A stretch of 6,047 nt of DNA from NCBI GenBank assembly GCA_000388065.2, contig KB932211.1. One strand, given 5' to 3'. Both the position numbers and the translations under genes were made by a program. The stretch comes from Fonticula alba ATCC 38817. Taxonomy: Eukaryota > Protista > Nucleariida. This document shows, one piece after another, positions 1 to 5,912 of the stretch (positions within the stretch are counted from its first letter, which is position 1; each line of letters starts with the position of its first letter). The notes below the pieces were generated by a model that worked only from the letters and a program-made list of their open reading frames with translations, searched no databases and was not told the DNA's origin.

Positions 1-14
1 CCCCCCCCCCCCCC
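1..14. repeat. Poly-C run (C14 visible) at the window edge
   Basis: Directly visible; resembles the runs flanking the gap. Confidence 0.9.
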
Positions 15-128
15 GCCCATCGCCACATGCATCCCTCTCCATGTGTGCCTTTGTGCCGACCTCCCTCGGACACCCCAATCCCCTCTCCTTCGTGCTCTTC
101 CCTTGCGCTTCCCCCTCGTCGTTGGCCG

Positions 129-855
129 ATGGAACACCTTGATGATGCCGGGCTGGTCGGGCTCGGCGAGCGCGAGCTTGTGCTCATGCGCCACCTGCTG
201 GGCGAGCGCCTGGCCGCGCTGGTGGCCGCGGAGAAGCCCGGCACCGGGGACACGGCCGCCCCGCCGGCCGGGGCCGGCCACTGGCGCGGGACCTTCCGTC
301 GCCACCTGGCCGGGCGCATGCGCCGCCTGGGGGCCGAGGTGGCCCGGCAGCATGCCCTCAGCCCGGGGGCCCTGCCGGAGCCGCTGGCCGGGGCCGATCT
401 CGCGGCCTGCCGCCGGGCGCTGGATGCCCTGCCGACGGCCCGGCGCGCGGGGTCCTCGGCCGGGCCGCGAGACCGCCTGCGTGCCCTGGCGGAGGGGCTG
501 CTGCAGCCGGCCGGCGGCCTGCGCTCCGGCGAGGCACTTGCCCGGCTGCTGAATCCCCCCCCGGCGGCCGACGACCCGGAGCACACGGTGCGCACGGTGC
601 CCGGCGGCGGCCCGGACGAGGCGTGGGCCTTTGCGCTGCTCTGCCTGGACCTGGTGCTGGGCCTGGCCCGAGTGCTGGGGGGGCTGGCCGCGCGGGCGGG
701 CCCGGGGGCCGGCGACGCGCGGCTCTCCGGCCGCGAGATGCTCCTGGCACGGAATGCCATCGAGTCGGCCCTGGTCCTGGGGGCGTACCCGGGGCTGCCG
801 CCCGGCGGGGCGCTGCCGATCGCCGACCGGAGCCGCTACTTCTCCGTGGCCTCCA
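129..855 (+). CDS. TANGO6: Exon 1 (MEHLDDAG...RSRYFSVAS)
   Basis: ATG at 129, where a pyrimidine-rich leader switches to GC3-rich codons. Ends at CCA|GTACGT, phase 1. An in-frame upstream ATG at 27 is possible. Confidence 0.75.
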
Positions 856-2179
856 GTACGTGCATGGGCTTGGGGGCTTTTTTCTTTTTCTGGTGCATGT
901 GTGTGTGTGTGCGCGCGCGCGCGCGGGTGCGCATCCTGCTGGCGCTCTGGCTGACGGGCGCGCTCGCTCCTCCCCACGCGCGGCGCAGTGATCTTCGGGC
1001 TGCCGCCGGCCGAGGAGCCGGCCTCCTTCTATGGCTGGCTGGCTGAGCTCGGGCCGGGCCGGGGCCTGGGGCACTTGGCCCTGGTGGCCGCGGCCCTGGG
1101 GCACCTCCTTCCCCCGTCGGTGGATCGCGAATCTCCCGGTGCGTGCTCGGCCGCTGGCAGGCGCGCCGGCCATGGCGGCTGCCCTGTGCCTGTGGCAGCA
1201 CCCTCACGCATGGCCGCGCCGGGACTGACACATGAGGGCGCGCGCGGTTGATGGGATGCAAATGGCGAAAAAAAAACAAAACAAAAAACAAAACATACGC
1301 CCACCGCCACCGGCCACGCAGACCACGACATGGATGCCCCGTCGGCCCTGCTGGCGCTGACCCTGGGCGACGTGGTGTGGCGCCGGCACTCGACGGATCT
1401 GGTGGCCCTGTGCGCGTCGCTGGCGGCGGCGGCCCCTTTGGACGGGCTGACCCGGCGCCTGGCGTCCGTGCGGGCGGGCGACTCGCTGCTGCCGGTCGAC
1501 CGGGCCCAGCTGGCCAGCATCGGGGCCGAGGTGTCGACGCCGGCCGAGCGCGACCTGGCCGGGGCCGTGGCGGCCAGCCTGTCGAGCGCCCTGCTGGCTG
1601 GGTGCGTCCAGGCCCGTGCCATCCATGGCGCACTCCCCCTGTCGCTCGTGTTCCGGCTGTGCCCCTCGCTCATTTCCAACTCCCCCCCCCCCCCCCCCCC
1701 NNNNNNNNNNNNNNNNNNNNNNNNNNNNNNNNNNNNNNNNNNNNNNNNNNNNNNNNNNNNNNNNNNNNNNNNNNNNNNNNNNNNNNNNNNNNNNNNNNNN
1801 NNNNNNNNNNNNNNNNNNNNNNNNNNNNNNNNNNNNNNNNNNNNNNNNNNNNNNNNNNNNNNNNNNNNNNNNNNNNNNNNNNNNNNNNNNNNNNNNNNNN
1901 NNNNNNNNNNNNNNNNNNNNNNNNNNNNNNNCCCCCCCCCCCCCGGCTCTGCCGCATTTGCCACATGCCGCTCCCTCCTGACATGGGCATCGCCCCGACG
2001 TGTCTCGGTGTAGGCTGCCCCCGCGATCGCTCATCGAGTCGGCCCAGAGGCTGATGGCGTCGGTCCCGACGCCGGGGGCCCCGCTGCGCCGGCCGAACAC
2101 CGGCGGCGACATCGACCGGTCCGTCATGCCTGCTCCCGCTACTCTTGTGCTTCCCACATGCGGCCCCCTCACGCTCCCT

Positions 2180-2211
<32 letters not shown>

Positions 2212-5200
2212 CACATGTACGCACACATGTACGCACACATGTACGCACACATGCACGTATACATGCACACATACATGCACGCACACATGTACGCATACAT
2301 GCACGCACACACACGCACACACATACATACATGCACGCACTTCCGCCCTTGCCGGATGCCGCCGGGACCCGATCGGCGTAGGTTCTCGCGTGCCCAGGTC
2401 CGCGGGTACCTGGGGCACTTCCTGTCGCGCGTGCTCATCCGCCCGGACGGCGTGTCGGCCACGCTGAGCTCCATCCTCGAGGGGCTGGACATTGGTGCGT
2501 CTGGCCGCATGGCCACGTGGGTGTTCCCCGCTCCGCCCTTCGGGCGGCTTCTCGCCGTGCCCCTTTCTTTTCCCGTCGGCGACCGGTGGCTGACCGGTGC
2601 CTCGCCTCCCGGGCAGACCGCACCTCGCAGGTGGACCAGGCCGTCGGCCTGGTGTCCACGCCGCCCTCCTTCCTGGCGCGGCAGGACCCGGCCGTGTATG
2701 CGGCCTTCGTGGTGCCGCAGCTGCTGGAGCTCCTGACCGTGGATGTGGCCGACGAGCATGTGTTCTTCGCGTTGGACGAGGCGCCCGCGTCGGGCCCGGT
2801 GTCCGAGGCGCCGCTCGACACCCTCGGGGTCCGGCGCATCCCGTATGTCGTGTCGCAGATCCTGACGCGGCTGGCTGGCCGGGCCGCGCACCCGGCCCAC
2901 CCGGCCGGCCCCTGCCAGCCGGAGGGCTTTGCCCTGCCCGGGCCGGTCTTCCAGGACTTCGTGGTGGAGCCGCTGACGGGGGCCGCCCTGCGCGGGGCCG
3001 CCAGCCCGGGGGGCACCGGCCGCCCGGCGCCGGTCCCGGCCGAGGGCATCCCCCTGGTGGCCAGCACCCCGGAGGCCATGCTGCGCGGGCTGGAGCGCCT
3101 GTTTGCCTCGCTGCTGGCCGATCGCCGGGCCGGGCTGGTGCCGCCCGGGCTGGCGGCCCTGTGCGGGCACTTCCTCCCGGCGGTGGCCGCCCTGGCGGTC
3201 GTGTACCTGGTGGTGGATGTGCAGGCGGCGCCCCGGGGGCCGGCCGTGCGGGCGGTCCTCCCCCCGGGGGCCGGGCCCGAGGCCACGCTCGGCCGCTTGG
3301 AGGGGCTCCTCCGTGTATTCGGGGATCTGCTGTTGGCGGCGCCGGTGGCCGGCCCCGGGGGCCCGGAGCCGGAGCTGTCCCTGGCCGGGGCCCTGGACTG
3401 GGCCATCCGCCAGGCGGGCCGGCTGCTGGCCGGCTGCCAGCCCGAGCCGGCCGGGGGCTTTGTGTCGGTGCCGGGCGACTCGCAGCCGCCCGGGCTGTCC
3501 GGGCGCCGGGGGTCCTTTGCCCGGGTGCCGGCGGGGCACATGCAACTGGCGGCCGCGGCCCAGGAGCCGGCATTCCCCCTGCTTGTGCCGGGGCATTCCC
3601 GCGGGCCGGGCGCGAGCGAGGACGACCTGCTGGCCGAGCCGCTGGCCCGGCTGTCGCGGCTGCTGGACCGCTGTGTGCCGGACGCCGTGGGGGCCCACCT
3701 GGCCGAGCGCTCGCTGCGTGCCTCGCTCCTGGCCGAGGCCCAGGTGCCCGACCGGCTGGGCGCCCCTCCCGGGGACACCCTCTGGCCGGGGGCCCTGGAC
3801 GATGGGCCCGGCCGGGAGCCATGCCTGGCTGGGCCGTGTGCTTGCCAGGGGCTGCCACTGGCCGCGTCGCAGGCCCTGCTGCAGCGCCACGCCACCGACC
3901 TCGGCACGCTGGCCTGGGCCCGGCTGCTGGTGGCCCTCTTCCCGGAGACGACACTGGCCGGCGGGGACGATGTGGCCGCCGGCGGGGCGATGGCCGGGCA
4001 GCTCCCCCGGCGCCTGGCAGCCGCCTTGCCCCTGGCGCGCGTGCTGCTGGACCAGCTGCGGCGAGACATCCTCAAGCCGGAGGCCGTGGCCGGGCTCTTT
4101 GTCGAGCCGGCCGCCGGTGGCCAGGCCCTCGGCCGCGGCCTGGTCCTGGTCTGCCAGTTCCTGGAGCACGGGGCCTGCCAGCTGCTGAGCCTGGCCGGCG
4201 TGCCGGGCCCGGGGGCCGGTCGGGCCCCGTCGCCCGCTCCGGCGGCCGGGCCCCTGGCCGGACTCTTGCGCGTGGTGGCCGGCGACTCGGATGATGAGGC
4301 GTTGCCGGAGGCCGGGCCCGGGCCCCAGGACCCCGGCGGCGGCGGCGGCGGCCTGGATGCCGACGGGCTCCGACAGCTGCTGGACACCATCGGCCAGCTG
4401 GGCCGCCTGCTGGTGGATGCCCTGGTGCTCGGGCGCGGCGGCGAGGCCGGGGCAGCTCCCGGGGCGGCCTCCGAGCCGGGGGCCGCCCCGGAGGAGCCCC
4501 TCCCGCCGCTCAGCCGGCTGCTGGCGGCCGACGCCGACCCGGCCAGCCAGGTGCTCGGGGTCCGCCAGCTGGAGGCCCGGATGGTGGACGCCCTGCGCGA
4601 GGCCGGCCAGGCGGGCCCGGTCGGGCCGCGGGCCCTCTCCTCCGGGCTGGCCGTGGTGGGGCCCGACGTGGCGGCCGACCAGGTGCCAGCCCCCCGGCTC
4701 CGGCGGTATGTCCGGTCCCTGTGTGCGTCGGCCCTGGCCAGCGATGAGCCCTTTGTCTTCGGGGCGGCCATCGGGGCCCTGCGCCGGGCTCTCGGCACCG
4801 GCCCCCGGGCCTGCTTGCCCCTGGTGTTCGAGGTGCGTCCGTGGCAGCATAGGGGGGGGGGGGGGGACAACGAACGGGCGCCGGCCTGCACAGGCGCACG
4901 GACTCGCCGACTGACCCGTCGACCGGGGGCAGATCATTCGCGACCCGGGGGTTGCCTTCGCCACGCGCCTGCGGCTGATGGAGGCCCTGGATGGGTTTGT
5001 GGTCCGGTACCGCGCCTCGCTGGAGGGGGTCTTCCGTGCGTCACCACATGCCCTGCTCCTGCCTGTTCTCTTGCGCTCGCCCTTTCCCTCTCTCTCCCTC
5101 TCTCTCTCTTCGCTTCTCCCTGGCCCGCTCACCGGCGCTCGCCTCTTCTCGCTGGCCCCCCGCCGCCCTGTAGCCGACGTCCTGGTTGCGCCCCTGCTGG

Positions 5201-5912
5201 AGATGCTGCAGGAGCTGTGCGAGGCGGGCCCCGGCACCGGCGAAGCCCCCGGCTCGGACCGGGCTCTGATGCTGGCGTCGGTCTTGTCGGTTTTGGCCGG
5301 CGTGACGGCCGCCGTTCCGGTGGCCTACTTCCCGGGCGGGACCCTGCGCGACCTGCTGGCCGCCCTGCGGCACATCATCCGGCCGGGCGACGGCCCCGAC
5401 CGCGAGGAGGGCCCCCTCCTCCTCCTCCCGGAGCAAAGCACCCTCGACGAGCCGGAGCTCCTCCGGGTGGCAGCCATCCGCCTGGTGACCGGCCTGCTGG
5501 CCGGCCTGCTGGGCCTGGAGGATGGCTCGGCCTTCCGGCGCGCCCTGCTGGAAGAGGCTCGCGCCGGCTTCCGGGCGCTGTCCCTCCTGGGTGTGCGTGG
5601 TCACCTTGCCATCGGAGGGCGGGGGGCGAGGCGGGAGGGTCCCCTCTCCCCTTTGGCCCTTGCTTCTTTGTCTCGCCCCCTCCCCGCTTCGTCAACTGAC
5701 CCTCTCGCGACGCCCAGGACAATGAGCCGGACTCACTGGCCGGGGCCGAGGCCCAGGCGGCCGTGGAACACCTCCAGCACTTTGACAACCATCTCCTCCT
5801 CCGGGACATCCAGCTGGCCGATGGCGGCGTGCCGGACATCCTGAACCTACGCCTCCGGGCCCCGGGCGCCGGGAGCCCCATCGTCCAGGAAGTTCGCCGG
5901 CGCATGGAATAG
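129..5912 (+). CDS. TANGO6: TANGO6/Rtp1-family HEAT/ARM-repeat protein (RNA polymerase II assembly/nuclear import factor), 9 coding exons, 1435 aa
   Basis: Spliced model 129-855, 989-1138, 1322-1601, 2014-2118, 2382-2494, 2617-4832, 4933-5035, 5174-5592, 5718-5912 totals 4308 nt and stays in frame. Family-like motifs occur in order: LGAYPGLPPGGALPIADRSRYF (777-842); LGDVVWRRHSTDLVALCASL; LGHFLSRVLIRPDGVSATLSSILEG (2410-2484); YAAFVVPQLLELL; ALASDEPFVFGAAIGAL (4731-4781, RTP1_C1-like); TRLRLMEAL; LASVLSVLA; LRVAAIRLVTGLL; EPDSLAGAEAQAAVEHL. Homology is recalled from human TANGO6 and was not computed. Confidence 0.82.
856..988 (+). other. Intron 1 (133 nt)
   Basis: GTACGT donor, CTGAC branch 951-955, GCAG acceptor. 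A+TG rebuilds a Met codon in frame. Confidence 0.85.
893..925. repeat. (GT)n(CG)7 dinucleotide tract in intron 1
   Basis: GTGCATGTGTGTGTGTGTGCGCGCGCGCGCGCG is directly visible. Confidence 0.93.
989..1138 (+). CDS. TANGO6: Exon 2 (IFGLPPAEEP...SVDRESP)
   Basis: Phase 1 to phase 1, GC3-rich codons, ends at CCG|GTGCGT. Confidence 0.8.
1139..1321 (+). other. Intron 2 (183 nt)
   Basis: GTGCGT donor, ACTGAC 1224-1229, GCAG acceptor. G+AC = Asp keeps the frame. Confidence 0.85.
1268..1293 (+). repeat. A-rich tract (A9-C-A4-C-A6-C-A4) in intron 2
   Basis: 23 of 26 bases are A in an otherwise GC-rich locus. Confidence 0.9.
1322..1601 (+). CDS. TANGO6: Exon 3 (HDMDAPSALL...SSALLAG)
   Basis: Contains LGDVVWRRHSTDLVALCASL. 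Ends at TGG|GTGCGT, phase 2. Confidence 0.85.
1602..2013 (+). other. Intron 3 (contains the assembly gap; true length uncertain)
   Basis: GTGCGT donor, CTGAC 1978-1982, GTAG acceptor. GG+G = Gly keeps the frame across the gap. Confidence 0.75.
1701..1931. other. Assembly gap (231 N) flanked by C19 (1682-1700) and C13 (1932-1944)
   Basis: Directly visible. Confidence 0.99.
2014..2118 (+). CDS. TANGO6: Exon 4 (LPPRSLIESAQRL...GGDIDR)
   Basis: Phase 2 to phase 2, ends at CCG|GTCCGT. Confidence 0.8.
2119..2381 (+). other. Intron 4 (263 nt)
   Basis: GTCCGT donor, GTAG acceptor (the only AG in the intron). CG+G = Arg keeps the frame. Confidence 0.85.
2181..2340. repeat. Compound micro/minisatellite: (GCAC)8, then eight 12-mers of consensus GCAYACATGYAC, then a degenerate CA-rich tail
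   Basis: (GCAC)8 at 2181-2212; GCACACATGTAC exactly at 2209, 2221, 2233 and 2281; variant units through 2304. Confidence 0.95.
2382..2494 (+). CDS. TANGO6: Exon 5 (FSRAQVRGYLGHFLSRVLIRPDGVSATLSSILEGLDI)
   Basis: Strongest family motif (L-S-x-x-L-x-R-P-x-G-V...ILEG). Ends at TTG|GTGCGT, phase 1. Confidence 0.9.
2495..2616 (+). other. Intron 5 (122 nt)
   Basis: GTGCGT donor, CTGAC 2590-2594. The first downstream AG (GCAG, 2613-2616) gives the frame-correct G+AC = Asp. Confidence 0.85.
2617..4832 (+). CDS. TANGO6: Exon 6 (large central exon, RTSQVDQAV...ACLPLVFE)
   Basis: 2216-nt open frame with Leu/Ala-rich helical segments separated by Pro/Gly loops. Includes the DEPFVFGAAI motif. Ends at GAG|GTGCGT, phase 0. 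Confidence 0.88.
4335..4352 (+). repeat. (GGC)6 coding microsatellite encoding Gly6
   Basis: In frame within exon 6. Confidence 0.9.
4833..4932 (+). other. Intron 6 (100 nt), contains G15 at 4852-4866
   Basis: GTGCGT donor, ACTGAC 4910-4915, first downstream AG is GCAG, phase 0. Confidence 0.88.
4933..5035 (+). CDS. TANGO6: Exon 7 (IIRDPGVAFATRLRLMEALDGFVVRYRASLEGVF)
   Basis: Phase 0 to phase 1, ends at TCC|GTGCGT. Confidence 0.85.
5036..5173 (+). other. Intron 7 (138 nt), with a (CT)n tract at about 5088-5109
   Basis: GTGCGT donor, CTCAC 5128-5132, GTAG acceptor. C+CC = Pro keeps the frame. Confidence 0.85.
5174..5592 (+). CDS. TANGO6: Exon 8 (DVLVAPLLEMLQ...GFRALSLLG)
   Basis: C-terminal HEAT-like helices (LASVLSVLA; LRVAAIRLVTGLL). 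Ends at GGT|GTGCGT, phase 0. Confidence 0.85.
5593..5717 (+). other. Intron 8 (125 nt)
   Basis: GTGCGT donor, ACTGAC 5695-5700, CCAG acceptor, phase 0. Confidence 0.85.
5718..5912 (+). CDS. TANGO6: Exon 9, terminal (DNEPDSLAGAEAQAAVEHL...EVRRRME*)
   Basis: 64 codons plus TAG at 5910-5912. It is absent from the ORF track because it has no start codon. EPD...AQxAxExL resembles the recalled TANGO6 C-terminus. Confidence 0.82.
   Translation, partial: DNEPDSLAGAEAQAAVEHLQHFDNHLLLRDIQLADGGVPDILNLRLRAPGAGSPIVQEVRRRME

Noticed and set aside
856-1046. Hydrophobic C-terminus of the 339-aa ORF (FFFFWCMCVCV...) as a transmembrane segment
   Set aside because: It is read-through of intron 1's T tract and GT/CG repeat.
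2181-2340. CRISPR array or repeat-encoded peptide (THTC/HMYA/CVHV repeats)
   Set aside because: Head-to-tail 4- and 12-mers with no spacers, inside a spliceosomal intron. The peptides are translations of the satellite.
1139-2381. Intronic snoRNA, tRNA or transposon
   Set aside because: No paired C/D or H/ACA boxes, no cloverleaf, and no terminal inverted repeats or target-site duplications in the visible sequence. The gap cannot be assessed.
3744-3848. Possible in-frame 105-nt intron (CAG|GTGCCC...TTGCCAG) inside exon 6
   Set aside because: The donor does not fit the GTnCGT pattern, there is no CTGAC/CTCAC branch, and the codons are GC3-rich like flanking exon. RNA-seq would settle it.
2169-5237. 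Long minus-strand ORFs (1022, 916 and 818 aa) and other Pro/Arg/Gly-rich ORFs
   Set aside because: These are shadow frames of a GC3-rich CDS. They are low in complexity, have no recognisable motifs, and some run through the N gap and microsatellites.
2517-5699. 1060-aa + strand ORF as a single intronless gene
   Set aside because: Only 2617-4832 is real coding frame. The ends read through introns 5-8 and out-of-frame exons, and stop codons are rare at this GC level.
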